Positions 25,166-33,960 of a DNA stretch of 33,960 bases are shown one piece after another. The stretch's first letter is position 1, and every line of letters starts with the position of its first letter. The translations under genes and the position numbers were made by a program. This stretch comes from a virus. Taxonomy: Duplodnaviria > Caudoviricetes. Below the pieces are notes generated by a model, which had not been told where the DNA came from, ran no database searches, and saw only the letters and a list, made by a program, of their open reading frames with translations. Location of the stretch: the IMG/VR virus record IMGVR_UViG_3300011339_000113, positions 1-33,960 of that record; one strand, written 5' to 3'.

Positions 25166-25635
25166 TTCATGTTCCTCATTTGTTCGTAGGTTTGGATGCA
25201 GGCGTTGAGCTTTCGGATGGCGGCATCTCCTTCGGCGGCGATGGAGACAAGATCGTCAGCAGTCTTTCGGTCAAGTTCGGCTGATGCTGTTCCGCTGTGA
25301 TCTCCACCGGCAGCGGCGGTATCTGTGGCGGCTGATACGGCGCACTCGGCGGCTTTGACAGGAATGAACAGCTTGCGCTCACCAGTGGCAATATCAGCAC
25401 GCAGCTTTGTCTCTTTAACTTTTGCAGCATTATTCGCCTTTCGTAATGTGTCACCGTATGTCTGCGCCACTTGCGCCATAGCCTTCTCAGTCTCCCTAGC
25501 CTTGGCGTTCAGCGCGGTAATCTCCAGCTGCTGGCGCTGATACTCAGCGTCCTTACCCTTGGAGTATCCACCGCCAAAGGCAGAGCCAATGGCAATTAGG
25601 ATGCTCAAAATCACCCAAGGGTTAAGCAAACTCAT
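25162..25635 (-). CDS. Rz: i-spanin (Rz-like)
   Basis: N-terminal TM segment, coiled coil, AEGDAAIRKLNACI. Confidence 0.85.
   Translation of the reverse strand: MSLLNPWVILSILIAIGSAFGGGYSKGKDAEYQRQQLEITALNAKARETEKAMAQVAQTYGDTLRKANNAAKVKETKLRADIATGERKLFIPVKAAECAVSAATDTAAAGGDHSGTASAELDRKTADDLVSIAAEGDAAIRKLNACIQTYEQMRNMK
25176..25430 (-). CDS. Rz1: Embedded o-spanin (Rz1-like)
   Basis: Nested in an alternative frame of Rz; basic and hydrophobic leader ending LVSASC, then a Pro-rich mature part. Confidence 0.6.
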   Translation of the reverse strand: MLQKLKRQSCVLILPLVSASCSFLSKPPSAPYQPPQIPPLPVEITAEQHQPNLTERLLTILSPSPPKEMPPSESSTPASKPTNK

Positions 25636-25952
25636 GGCTTTGGCGGCTCATCATTGTCAATTGCTTCGGCTTTGGCAACTGCCTTGGCGCTGGCTGAGAT
25701 TACAGATCGGCCAGCAACACCGCCCAACACGCCAGTGCAAAGCAGCATGATGTTGGAGAGTTGTTGTGTGTACACCTTGTCAATTGGGGCCATACCCGCC
25801 ATAGGCTGGGTGACAAATGAAACTGAGTACAAGTACATACCGCAAGAACCCACCAGAATCAACGTGATGGAGAAAATAACGAATGCCCATACTCTGACCT
25901 CGATTTCCTCTGGAGTCAGTCTGCTGGACGGTTTATAGCCTATGGTGGTCAT
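25632..25952 (-). CDS. Holin-like membrane protein
   Basis: Two hydrophobic segments; upstream of the spanin and endolysin genes. Confidence 0.55.
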   Translation of the reverse strand: MTTIGYKPSSRLTPEEIEVRVWAFVIFSITLILVGSCGMYLYSVSFVTQPMAGMAPIDKVYTQQLSNIMLLCTGVLGGVAGRSVISASAKAVAKAEAIDNDEPPKP

Positions 25953-26134
25953 TTCTTTTCCTTCTCTGGTGTTACAAGCATCTCAGGACAAGTCGCTGTA
26001 GCTGTACAGATCGGCGGCTTGCATTCGGCATTGTCCCAATTCCTTGGGTCTTGACAACTATATCTAAACCGATCTTGACAACCTGTTAGCAATACAAAAA
26101 AAATCGAAAGTCCCCAAATGCAGTAGATATTCAT
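25949..26134 (-). CDS. Small Cys-rich lipoprotein
   Basis: Lipobox LLTGC plus four further Cys residues. Confidence 0.65.
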   Translation of the reverse strand: MNIYCIWGLSIFFVLLTGCQDRFRYSCQDPRNWDNAECKPPICTATATCPEMLVTPEKEKK

Positions 26135-26135
26135 T

Positions 26136-26366
26136 TCAATCTTTCAAATATTTTCTATGACGGTCAAAGACAGGATTATCAGTAATGGAATCAGGAGTCT
26201 TGTCACGATTTTTCCTTTCGATCTCACGGCGTAATTTTTCCACCTTTTCCAGCTGTTGTTTCACCTCTTGCTTTTGCTCTAAGGTATCCAACAGCATAAA
26301 TGCTAACAATGGCAGCATCAAGGCAACGAGAATTACTGAAACTATCCAGCCTACTGCTCCCATCAT
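26136..26366 (-). CDS. Membrane-anchored coiled-coil protein (76 aa)
   Basis: Start at ATG 26366 (GAGGA RBS, ATGA overlap); N-terminal TM segment. Confidence 0.6.
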   Translation of the reverse strand: MMGAVGWIVSVILVALMLPLLAFMLLDTLEQKQEVKQQLEKVEKLRREIERKNRDKTPDSITDNPVFDRHRKYLKD

Positions 26367-27070
26367 GTGATCCTCTGGCTCGTCAGGACGAGAAACAGGA
26401 GCCAGAGGTATAGGATAAGAATAAGGGTCAGGACGCTTACTCCCAACTTTAATCGTTGGCCTGCTTCCCTTTGCTGACGTTGCCATCGCTTCCTCTCAGC
26501 CTTTGACTCCTGCGCCAGCCTAGCGGCTTCCTGTTCTGCGCCAACAATTTCACGCATTTCCATGACCTTGGAATACAGCGCCCCGAGTGCCGGTGGAGCG
26601 TTCCAGGTCATCGCCATCCTTATGTCATTGACCATGACTTGCATCTGGTCAGCCGCCCTCACTCGCTTGATGGCCGCTTCAAACAGGTTTGCGTCAGGGT
26701 CATAGACTGTTCTGGACTTCTCCTCCTCAGATCGGATATGGTCAGCCAACTGCTGCTGCAAGTGGAAAAACTGAATGAGCTGATCTACAACTCCATTCAG
26801 TATTTCCTCCTCGTCTACCTCAACAAACTTCTCTTTCTTCTTCTTTGCTACTACCGGATTGGCTTGTTGCTGTTTTGGCTTTGGCTTGCCGCCAAAGAAT
26901 TGCAATAACTGCTTCCAAAATCCATATGCCTCTTTGCCAATTGCAGCAACCTCTTCACTTGTTTTTTTTATTTCAACAAACTGCGTTTTGCACTCACGGT
27001 ATAAATCGCAGCCTGCCTGAATCTGCTTACAGATTCCAGCGGCCAATAAGCACAAGGATATGGGGTCCAC
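26363..27070 (-). CDS. Helical protein with a C-terminal TM anchor
   Basis: 235 aa, coiled-coil-like, hydrophobic C-terminus. Confidence 0.7.
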   Translation of the reverse strand: MDPISLCLLAAGICKQIQAGCDLYRECKTQFVEIKKTSEEVAAIGKEAYGFWKQLLQFFGGKPKPKQQQANPVVAKKKKEKFVEVDEEEILNGVVDQLIQFFHLQQQLADHIRSEEEKSRTVYDPDANLFEAAIKRVRAADQMQVMVNDIRMAMTWNAPPALGALYSKVMEMREIVGAEQEAARLAQESKAERKRWQRQQREAGQRLKLGVSVLTLILILYLWLLFLVLTSQRIT

Positions 27071-27076
27071 ATTGCT

Positions 27077-27268
27077 TTACAGTCCCAGTAACTTAGAAAC
27101 CATTTGAGCCGCAAAGCCTGGACCAAGCAGCACTGCGGCGATGACAATGTAGATCAGGTACTCAATCCGCGTCATGCGAGCTTTACCAGACTCCAGCTTT
27201 TCTTCAATATTCTTATATCGTTGATCGCAAGACGCTTGGTGGGCGTAAAAGTCTGTTTCTAAGCTCAT
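27077..27268 (-). CDS. Small XhlA/holin-like membrane protein
   Basis: HQASCDQRY coiled coil plus a C-terminal TM segment. Confidence 0.6.
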   Translation of the reverse strand: MSLETDFYAHQASCDQRYKNIEEKLESGKARMTRIEYLIYIVIAAVLLGPGFAAQMVSKLLGL

Positions 27269-27538
27269 TTATGCTATCCCCAGTGCCTGTTTAAGTTTTG
27301 CCAACTCTGTCGCATCGGACAAAATCATATCGGTCAATGTTGGCATAGTAGGCATTTCAACCAATTCTGGCGGGTTAGGGTCTGTGAATTGACCATTTGC
27401 ATAAATAAATCCAACATTTGCTCTATCTTCTTGAATTGCAATATGCCCATTTTCAAAACCAGCGGGTGGTGTAGCTGGCTGTGCATCATATTCAATGACA
27501 TTGACAACAACACCATTTTTAACAATTGCGTATTTCAT
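27269..27538 (-). CDS. Tail-fibre-associated small protein
   Basis: [15 protein letters not shown]...[13 protein letters not shown]; follows the fibre gene. Confidence 0.6.
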   Translation of the reverse strand: MKYAIVKNGVVVNVIEYDAQPATPPAGFENGHIAIQEDRANVGFIYANGQFTDPNPPELVEMPTMPTLTDMILSDATELAKLKQALGIA

Positions 27539-28506
27539 ACGTAATACTCCATAACAATAATCAAACCAGAACCACCACTACCGCCATTTGTTGTGCCGCC
27601 AGTTCCATTTGTTCCCGCTGCACCAACTGCGTATGCGTATGTTGCACTTGGTGATGAAATTAACTTTTCTAAATATGCCCCTGCCGCACCACCACCACCT
27701 GTCAAAGTTGATGTTAAGCCACCACCACCACCACCGCCAGCACCGCTATTTGTTGCTGCTGTTGAACCTGCTGCTCCAGCACATCCTCCAGCACCAGCGC
27801 CACCAAAAGGTGTTGCTCCTCCAGCACCTCCTGTAAAGTTTGTCACGCCACCAACTGCACCAGGTGCTGTTGCACCAGCGATGTTTATATCTCCACCTGT
27901 AGCTGTACCGCCTGCTTGGTTAGTTCCAGTTACAAATCCACCAGAACCACCTGTGCAAGTTAAAAATGATGTTCCAAAAGTAGTAGAACCACCAGCAGTT
28001 CCAGCGGTAGCACTTGTTCCTGTACCTGCACCACCGCCTCCACCGCCAACCATACGAACAAAAATTGATTTGCAGTTTGCTGGAGTTGTATATGTGCCAG
28101 AACCAGAAGTAAATTTTTGAATAGTTATGCCGCCACTTGCGGCTTTTGCAAATGTTGGAACTTGAGTTGAATTAAAAGTAACAGCCGCAGTACCAGCAGT
28201 AGTAATTGCAATGGAGTCAGCAGCGGGAAAGAAAATACCTGTATTGCTGTCGCCTGTGTGAGCTATGGTTGGGGCTGCCGCAGTACCATCTGCCGCAGTC
28301 AATGTTCCGCTTAAAACAACAGTTCCGGCAATTGCCAATGTCTTGCCTGATCCAATGTTCAAGCCAACTGATGTACCTGTACCAGCGGCAGCAAAGACAT
28401 CATCGATTAACCCCATGTCTGTATTTATCTTTGTACCCCAAGTATCAGTTGAGGCACCTACCTCTGGCTTTGTCAGCAGTAGGTTGGTGGTGGTGGTATC
28501 TGCCAT
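27535..28506 (-). CDS. Tail fibre with a glycine-rich domain
   Basis: [16 protein letters not shown] attachment motif, [13 protein letters not shown] and Gly-rich C-terminus. Confidence 0.75.
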   Translation of the reverse strand: MADTTTTNLLLTKPEVGASTDTWGTKINTDMGLIDDVFAAAGTGTSVGLNIGSGKTLAIAGTVVLSGTLTAADGTAAAPTIAHTGDSNTGIFFPAADSIAITTAGTAAVTFNSTQVPTFAKAASGGITIQKFTSGSGTYTTPANCKSIFVRMVGGGGGGAGTGTSATAGTAGGSTTFGTSFLTCTGGSGGFVTGTNQAGGTATGGDINIAGATAPGAVGGVTNFTGGAGGATPFGGAGAGGCAGAAGSTAATNSGAGGGGGGGLTSTLTGGGGAAGAYLEKLISSPSATYAYAVGAAGTNGTGGTTNGGSGGSGLIIVMEYYV

Positions 28507-28519
28507 TCTTTAATCCCCT

Positions 28520-29224
28520 TTACGCGGCTTCTTGCCAAGTTACTGAATTGTCTGCTAAATCTGTCCAAGATTCTGATGTGTCTGAAACTGGTGTCCAGCT
28601 TTCTGAGGAATCTGCTACTGGTGTCCAAGTCTCGCTGTTGTCTGATTGCGCCGTCCATGTCTCGCTGGAGTCAGGCACTGCGCCCCATCCAAAGCCAATC
28701 ATTGTGCCAACAGAGCCAGCAGACTCAACTCCAATTATCGCAACTGATATGACATTTGATACGCTGCCAACTGATGCTGTAGCACTTACGCCAGTAATCG
28801 CTTGAAACGATATAACTTCAGCGCCCATCGTGCCAACAGCGCCGGTGGATACATTACCTGAGACAGATGTAGTGCTGGTGACCCCAACAGTGCCAGCAGC
28901 AGCTGTAGACGCATTACCTGTTAAAGCAATTGCAGCAGACTGAGTGACGCTGCCAACAGACAGGGTTGACGCATTGCCTGTAACTGCCTTACTTGATGCT
29001 GCTAAGACCGAGCCAATAGCGCAAGTAGCTACATTGCCGGTGATGGCAACAGATACGGTTAATCCGACAGTGCCTACATTGCCGGTGGCGATAGTCCCAT
29101 CTTCTTGGATTGATCGGCTGGCTAGTAGCGTACCAACAGCACCAGTTGCCTGGTTACCGCTAATGACAACATTGCCTATGCCATAGACACCCTTGCCGTA
29201 GTAGCCTGTTCCATATGCAGCCAT
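28520..29224 (-). CDS. Putative virion protein
   Basis: ITGN/VG repeats and C-terminal SESWT repeats. Confidence 0.6.
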   Translation of the reverse strand: MAAYGTGYYGKGVYGIGNVVISGNQATGAVGTLLASRSIQEDGTIATGNVGTVGLTVSVAITGNVATCAIGSVLAASSKAVTGNASTLSVGSVTQSAAIALTGNASTAAAGTVGVTSTTSVSGNVSTGAVGTMGAEVISFQAITGVSATASVGSVSNVISVAIIGVESAGSVGTMIGFGWGAVPDSSETWTAQSDNSETWTPVADSSESWTPVSDTSESWTDLADNSVTWQEAA

Positions 29225-29239
29225 GCCGCTGCCCCTTGG

Positions 29240-29695
29240 TTAAGCCAACCGGATTAGGCCGGTGCTTGCGTCATTGGTAGGCATGGTCAGCGTGAACGTA
29301 CCGGCAGTCACGGTCTGGCTGCCAAAGGTATGCACGCTAACCGCCTTGTTTGACTGAGTCGAGTTGTATATCAACGCACAATCAAAGGCAGTGGTTAAAG
29401 TTACAGAGGAATATGTAATGCTGGCGCTTGGCGTGACAAATGCTGTCGTTCCGCTGGTGCTTGGTGCAGTGCCAAATGTCACTGTGACACCACCTGCGGT
29501 GTAGCCTGTGCCTGTTACCTCGCCGGTGGAGCTATAGGCTGTAGTGGCCGCATTGACAGTGGCAGAGGCCAAGTACAAGGCCGCTTTAAAAGTGTCGGCT
29601 GTGGTCGCCGCGCGAACCACGCCAGTACCGAAATTGTGGTGGCCGACAAGTAGCTCGCCCTTGAAACTGGTACACATAGCTTGAGTATTAGCGAT
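29240..29695 (-). CDS. Putative virion protein (probable ATC start at 29695; first ATG at 29677)
   Basis: Beta-rich (FKAALY, EVTGTGYTAGG); AAGGAG lies 7 nt before the in-frame ATC. Confidence 0.7.
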   Translation of the reverse strand: MANTQAMCTSFKGELLVGHHNFGTGVVRAATTADTFKAALYLASATVNAATTAYSSTGEVTGTGYTAGGVTVTFGTAPSTSGTTAFVTPSASITYSSVTLTTAFDCALIYNSTQSNKAVSVHTFGSQTVTAGTFTLTMPTNDASTGLIRLA

Positions 29696-29706
29696 GATAA
29701 TTCTCC

Positions 29707-29895
29707 TTAAATTTGTTGGGTGATGCCATCAGCAAACACGCTGCGCTTGAGCGCCATGTGGACAGATCGGTGAACCATTTCACCATCCAGCCAATACTCT
29801 ACCCAGCTTGTTGTCTCGGTGTCATTGTCCAATGAACCTTCACGCTTTTCCAGCAATGAATCATCCATCTCGCCTTTGGTGGTGGTGACTATCAT
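29707..29895 (-). CDS. Hypothetical protein (62 aa)
   Basis: ATGA-coupled ORF. Confidence 0.7.
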   Translation of the reverse strand: MIVTTTKGEMDDSLLEKREGSLDNDTETTSWVEYWLDGEMVHRSVHMALKRSVFADGITQQI

Positions 29896-30521
29896 CCGAA
29901 TGTCCTTGCACGCGCCAACAGAGCACCGCCAGAGGTTGAACCACGGTCATCAGCAACTTGTAGCTGATCTAAGCCAGCCAGGTATAAAGATGACCACACA
30001 GAGATTCTCGCATCATCCTGCAAGTAGGGCGCAGCCTGTAACAGCGCACCGTACAGGTAAACGTCTGGAGCCTGAGTCAGCAGCCAGTTGGTTGCGACAG
30101 TAGATGACAACTTGGTCAACTTGGCGTAGTAAACCAAGTCGGCAGTGTATGCACCATCAGGAATTGGCAGCAACCTGAATTGATTACCCACCACCGTGAA
30201 GTACAGCGGCTTACCGCTTGACAAGTAGGTGGTATTCGACAGCTGATCCATTGCATCAATGGTCTGGAATGTCAGCGATGTCACCGGATTTGTATCCAGC
30301 TTCATGGATTTAACTTCTAAGAAGTCATCAGGCACCGTACCGTACTCGGCGGCAGCTGCAAATGATGCAGTTGAACGCACAATCATCTGACGTGTACGCA
30401 GCTGGCGCTCCATCTGCGCCTCTGCCAGGCTGATGAAGTCAGCAATAACTGAAGTCAGATCAGACCGGTTAAGCCAATCAGCCAGTGATGATTTGAGTTC
30501 GGTGTAGGTGGTCAATGCCAT
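29892..30521 (-). CDS. Head-tail adaptor / tail tubular protein
   Basis: MALTTYTELKSSLADWLNRSDL...FISLAEA and NWLLTQAPDVYLYGAL. Confidence 0.75.
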   Translation of the reverse strand: MALTTYTELKSSLADWLNRSDLTSVIADFISLAEAQMERQLRTRQMIVRSTASFAAAAEYGTVPDDFLEVKSMKLDTNPVTSLTFQTIDAMDQLSNTTYLSSGKPLYFTVVGNQFRLLPIPDGAYTADLVYYAKLTKLSSTVATNWLLTQAPDVYLYGALLQAAPYLQDDARISVWSSLYLAGLDQLQVADDRGSTSGGALLARARTFG

Positions 30522-31175
30522 TTAGACTGCCTCTTTTTCAAGCTGTTCCTTCATGACCCATGTGTGTTCATGCCGGAATTCAAACGTGCCAATGTGTCCG
30601 ATTTCTTTTGAGACATCATGGTCAATATACACCTTGAAACCCAATTCCTGAGCCTTCTTGCAGAAGAAGACATCCTCGCCCATGTAGCCGCGAGTGTCGT
30701 ACTGCCACGGCATATCAAACCATGGCTCAGACATCCCTTGGAACACTTCGCGCTTGATCAGCATCACGCCAGTACCAACTGAGCCGATTTCCTCTAATCC
30801 GCTGGATTCGGGCATGGTGTAGACCGACTTGCGCTTGCCATTCTCGTCATAGTTCTGCGCGGTTGGCCCTGTAGGCATACGTCTGCGCGCGCAGTTGGTC
30901 GCCACGATATCCACGTCATGCGCCAGCAGCCGCTGAATCATGTCCTGCGGGAAAGTCATGTCGGAGTCGATAAACAGTATGTGGCTGCAACCCTCGCGCA
31001 TCGCGTCAAGGCACAAGTCAGCACGCTGATTCTGGATGAGCGTACCTTGCAGTATCTTGAGACTGACAGCATCAGTGGTGTTCAGCGTGTGGTACGCCAC
31101 CATATTGACCATGCAATAGGTGTAATTGGTATGAACCATGTCACGCGCTGGCGTGCAGACTGCAATGTATTTCAT
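30522..31175 (-). CDS. Glycosyltransferase, GT2-like
   Basis: HILFIDSDM (DxD), VGTGVMLIKREVF, GEDVFFC and GHIG. Confidence 0.8.
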   Translation of the reverse strand: MKYIAVCTPARDMVHTNYTYCMVNMVAYHTLNTTDAVSLKILQGTLIQNQRADLCLDAMREGCSHILFIDSDMTFPQDMIQRLLAHDVDIVATNCARRRMPTGPTAQNYDENGKRKSVYTMPESSGLEEIGSVGTGVMLIKREVFQGMSEPWFDMPWQYDTRGYMGEDVFFCKKAQELGFKVYIDHDVSKEIGHIGTFEFRHEHTWVMKEQLEKEAV

Positions 31176-31486
31176 ACCTGTCCTGGCCTCACTCTAAAGA
31201 ACCTGTTGTCGGGATCGTTCAACCATTTTTTCATGTAAACCGGATCATCCAGCTTGCCCTCGGCCTTCAACTGAAAGTAGATTGACTCAGGGATGCTGGC
31301 AACATGGTGCCATTCACCCTTCCAATTCGCCTTGTTGTCAGTGACGGCAAAGTCTCGCTTGTTGGCCTCAATGACGGCAGTCAAGTCCTGCGTTGTCTGA
31401 ATTGTTGCCTCATCAGTCAGATCGTTGTAGTGCCAGGTGCGGGTGATCCCCTTATCGGGGTTTGCATCAAAAAATCGTTTTTCCAT
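31172..31486 (-). CDS. Conserved phage hypothetical protein
   Basis: HVASIP...KKWLNDPDN motif; directly after the capsid gene. Confidence 0.75.
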   Translation of the reverse strand: MEKRFFDANPDKGITRTWHYNDLTDEATIQTTQDLTAVIEANKRDFAVTDNKANWKGEWHHVASIPESIYFQLKAEGKLDDPVYMKKWLNDPDNRFFRVRPGQV

Positions 31487-31528
31487 GTAAGTAGGGGAGG
31501 ATTTCTCCTCCCCTTTCCTCTTATTTGA

Positions 31529-32491
31529 TTAAGAAGTGATCAAGTCTGCTGCCAGACCGTGAGCGTTTTCAGCCAGCACCTTGTGGCCGAATTCGATCAA
31601 CAGCATACGTTTCTCAGCGTCACCTGTTTTTGCCAATTCGACTTGCTGGTAAGGACGCAGCACAGTCATCTTTGCGTACTCAGGATCAATGATCCATGCA
31701 TCACGCTCGCGCTGGAAGCGGTTAGCGATGACAGAAACTTGACCGAAATCGCTGACGTAGATATCAACAGCGCCGATCAAAGTGGCAGGGCGGTCGCCAC
31801 CATTGATGTTGTAACGTGAAGATGCAATGCCAGAGAAACCGGAAACGCGCTGCTTGTTGACAGGGCCAACCATCAGGATTTTGGGTGTACCGCCAGCAGA
31901 CCATACTTTCTGAATCACATTCTTCAGAATGGTTTCAGTGAAAGTACGCACGTTGCCATCAGTACGCGCACTGTTTGGCAGTGTGGTGTAGCTTGGGTCA
32001 GTGCCGTTGGTTTGCTTATCGGTGTTGGTCTTGATAAACGCACCCAAAGAGGCAGTCACGCGAGCAGTGGTAGTGTTGCCGGCAACAGCAACACCGCCAT
32101 TCAAGAAGATGAATTCTTGATCGCGTTTCAGTTCAGAGCCACGCTTGGCGATCTGGTATGCCAGTTCAGAACGGCGGCCAGCCTTGTTGACAACTTCTTC
32201 AGTGTTCGACAAGACAATAGTCTTGCGTGAAATCTGAGCATAGTTAGTCAAGCGGACGGTTGCTGTCACTGAATCAAATGTGCCAACGTCATCACCCTCA
32301 AGCTGTGCGTTAGCAGCAGCGTCAGCGAGTGCATCGGTTTGCCATTCAAACAAAGTGTTTTGAACAGTTTCGCGGCCAATGTTGGATTGGTACGGTGTTT
32401 CTTCGGGAGAAATGTTTGTGATCACATTGCTCAAATCTTCACGAATACCCTTTGCAGAGTATGTGGTGAACGTGTTACTTACGATAGACAT
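31529..32491 (-). CDS. Major capsid protein (DUF5309/SU10-like)
   Basis: REDLSNVITNISPEETP, EWQTDAL, NYAQI, ELKRDQE and YVSDFG. Confidence 0.9.
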   Translation of the reverse strand: MSIVSNTFTTYSAKGIREDLSNVITNISPEETPYQSNIGRETVQNTLFEWQTDALADAAANAQLEGDDVGTFDSVTATVRLTNYAQISRKTIVLSNTEEVVNKAGRRSELAYQIAKRGSELKRDQEFIFLNGGVAVAGNTTTARVTASLGAFIKTNTDKQTNGTDPSYTTLPNSARTDGNVRTFTETILKNVIQKVWSAGGTPKILMVGPVNKQRVSGFSGIASSRYNINGGDRPATLIGAVDIYVSDFGQVSVIANRFQRERDAWIIDPEYAKMTVLRPYQQVELAKTGDAEKRMLLIEFGHKVLAENAHGLAADLITS

Positions 32492-32501
32492 GGTGAATTC
32501 C

Positions 32502-33494
32502 TTATTTCAATAGTTTGTAGATGGCATCAGCCGCGTCATCGACACGGCCAGTTTTCGCAAGACGCTGTTGTGCTCGCAATGCCTCAGTATTGTTAGAAAC
32601 TCTTCCCGCTGCACCAGGCTTTGCGGGTCTTGGCCCATTGTTCGTTACCGGCTTGATCTGTCCACGCTTGGACACCATCTGGTCGTACAGCGCCGCTTTT
32701 CGCAGCAGTACAACCGCCCTGTGATCGAGAACATTCTTAAGTTCATCAGGTGAGAATCCAGCCTTTTGGCCGAATTGAACGAGCATGGCTTTTTCAGCCG
32801 CAGCCTTTTTGGAATCTTTCCATTCTGGAATAGCCGCCACCAAAGCCTCTTGCTCTTGCTGCAACACCATCTGGTGATGCTGCATTTGTTCCTGTTGCGA
32901 CAACTGAGACAGACGCTGCTTTTCGCTTTGAATAGCCGCATTCTTCTCTTGGTTTTCTCGCATCACCTCGCGCTGCCGTACCCACTCAATGGGGTCTTCT
33001 TGGTAAAGACGTTCCCAATCAATGTTTGGCTGCGTTGCCTGCTGAACCTGAGCCTCTAAAGCTCCTAACAAATGAGCGTATTGCTCGCGCTCGGCACGCA
33101 CTGCCTGCAACTCTGCCTCGGCGTGCTTTCGCACCTCGGCAATTTGCTGCGTTTTGCGTGTGTAATCCTGAGTCCTTGAATATCCCTTTTGGAGTTCCTC
33201 CAGCGTCACCTCGACTTCTTTACCGTCAACCTTGACGGTGAAGACTTGTGGCTGTTCTTCCTCTTCAGAATTCTCATCTTCTTCGGATTGTTCGGGATCA
33301 GTTTCGTTGCTATCCGCGTCTGCATCGGTCAGCAACTCATCTTCTCCCGCCGCGCCCTCTTCGGGCAACTGCGACTCGCCTGAATCCTCTTGTCCCTCAT
33401 CGGGGAGCATTCCTACAAGTGCATCGGCTGCTTCAGCCATATTCATATGACCTTGAACGGCACTGCCTGCTGGCGTTGGTGCTACTGTCTGCAT
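32502..33494 (-). CDS. Capsid scaffolding protein
   Basis: Acidic N-terminus, VKVDGKEVEVTLEELQKGYSRTQDYTRKTQ and coiled coil; upstream of the capsid gene. Confidence 0.85.
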   Translation of the reverse strand: MQTVAPTPAGSAVQGHMNMAEAADALVGMLPDEGQEDSGESQLPEEGAAGEDELLTDADADSNETDPEQSEEDENSEEEEQPQVFTVKVDGKEVEVTLEELQKGYSRTQDYTRKTQQIAEVRKHAEAELQAVRAEREQYAHLLGALEAQVQQATQPNIDWERLYQEDPIEWVRQREVMRENQEKNAAIQSEKQRLSQLSQQEQMQHHQMVLQQEQEALVAAIPEWKDSKKAAAEKAMLVQFGQKAGFSPDELKNVLDHRAVVLLRKAALYDQMVSKRGQIKPVTNNGPRPAKPGAAGRVSNNTEALRAQQRLAKTGRVDDAADAIYKLLK

Positions 33495-33509
33495 GGTCTA
33501 TTTCCCTAT

Positions 33510-33770
33510 TTAAACAAGATTCTTTTGCGCGCGCTCAATGGCACGCTGTGCCACCTTGCCGTTGTCGATCATTTTGGTGAGTTCATTCTTGAAATTCTCA
33601 ATGGCACGCAACTGCGCCCAACAAATTTCACGCTTTGCAGCCTCTTCCGGCTTGCTGTTCTCAAACTCCCAAAGCAAATCGCCACGCATCTTCTCCAAGG
33701 CCGTTGCAAATACCTCGTCCTGCATAAACTGCTCAGACCGGCGGCCTTTTCGTACTTGTTCTTCGTTCAT
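33510..33770 (-). CDS. Conserved small protein between portal and scaffold
   Basis: 86 aa, helical, ATGA-coupled to the portal stop. Confidence 0.75.
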   Translation of the reverse strand: MNEEQVRKGRRSEQFMQDEVFATALEKMRGDLLWEFENSKPEEAAKREICWAQLRAIENFKNELTKMIDNGKVAQRAIERAQKNLV

Positions 33771-33960
33771 TGAGCCATTCCATTAAGGTTGATGGGTGGA
33801 GGCACATTGGCCGCCGTCTGCACTGCCTGCTGGACAATTGCTGACTGCTGCTGCATGGCCTCACGATCCATAGCCTGCCGCGCTTCGATCTCGGCAGTGC
33901 TAATTTGTGTGTTGTACTTTAACTCAAGTTCATATTTCTTGAGCATTAAGTCTTGCGCCA
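33767..33960 (-). CDS. Portal protein, 3' part
   Basis: In frame with the 1-2111 part across the junction; ends ...VQQAVQTAANVPPPINLNGMAQ-stop. Confidence 0.85.
   Translation of the reverse strand, partial: AQDLMLKKYELELKYNTQISTAEIEARQAMDREAMQQQSAIVQQAVQTAANVPPPINLNGMAQ
33834..33960. repeat. Terminal direct repeat (copy 2)
   Basis: Identical to 1-127. Confidence 0.95.

Noticed and set aside
33834-33960. 127-bp terminal repeat as a biological DTR
   Set aside because: It falls mid-portal and its length matches an assembler k-mer overlap, so it indicates circularity only.

Overview
This window is a complete, circularly permuted tailed-phage genome of podovirus type. Bases 33834-33960 repeat bases 1-127, so the unit length is 33,833 bp and the portal gene spans the junction. 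Most genes are on the minus strand: an XRE-HTH regulator, a RuvC-like resolvase, a DUF2800 nuclease, a putative SSB, a primase-helicase, terS and terL, accessory genes (two GT2-like glycosyltransferases and a SAM methyltransferase), portal, scaffold, major capsid, adaptor and tail genes, a large lysis cassette, and ejection proteins ending in an ADP-ribosyltransferase-like protein. A short plus-strand operon of small genes spans 12435-15106. I recognised no integrase, CI repressor, DNA polymerase or tRNA. The most striking element is the terS-terL intergenic region (about 5780-6125), which holds four perfect DnaA boxes, an IHF-like site and a 28-bp dif-like (XerC/XerD) site, with the nearest KOPS motifs pointing towards it. 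This suggests the phage co-opts host origin and terminus machinery. Other leads are a candidate antisense sRNA complementary to the RBS of the first rightward gene, an iteron-like origin after the primase-helicase gene, a CFI-box-CTERM-like virion protein and a probable ATC start codon. Product calls come from motif recognition only; no database searches were run.
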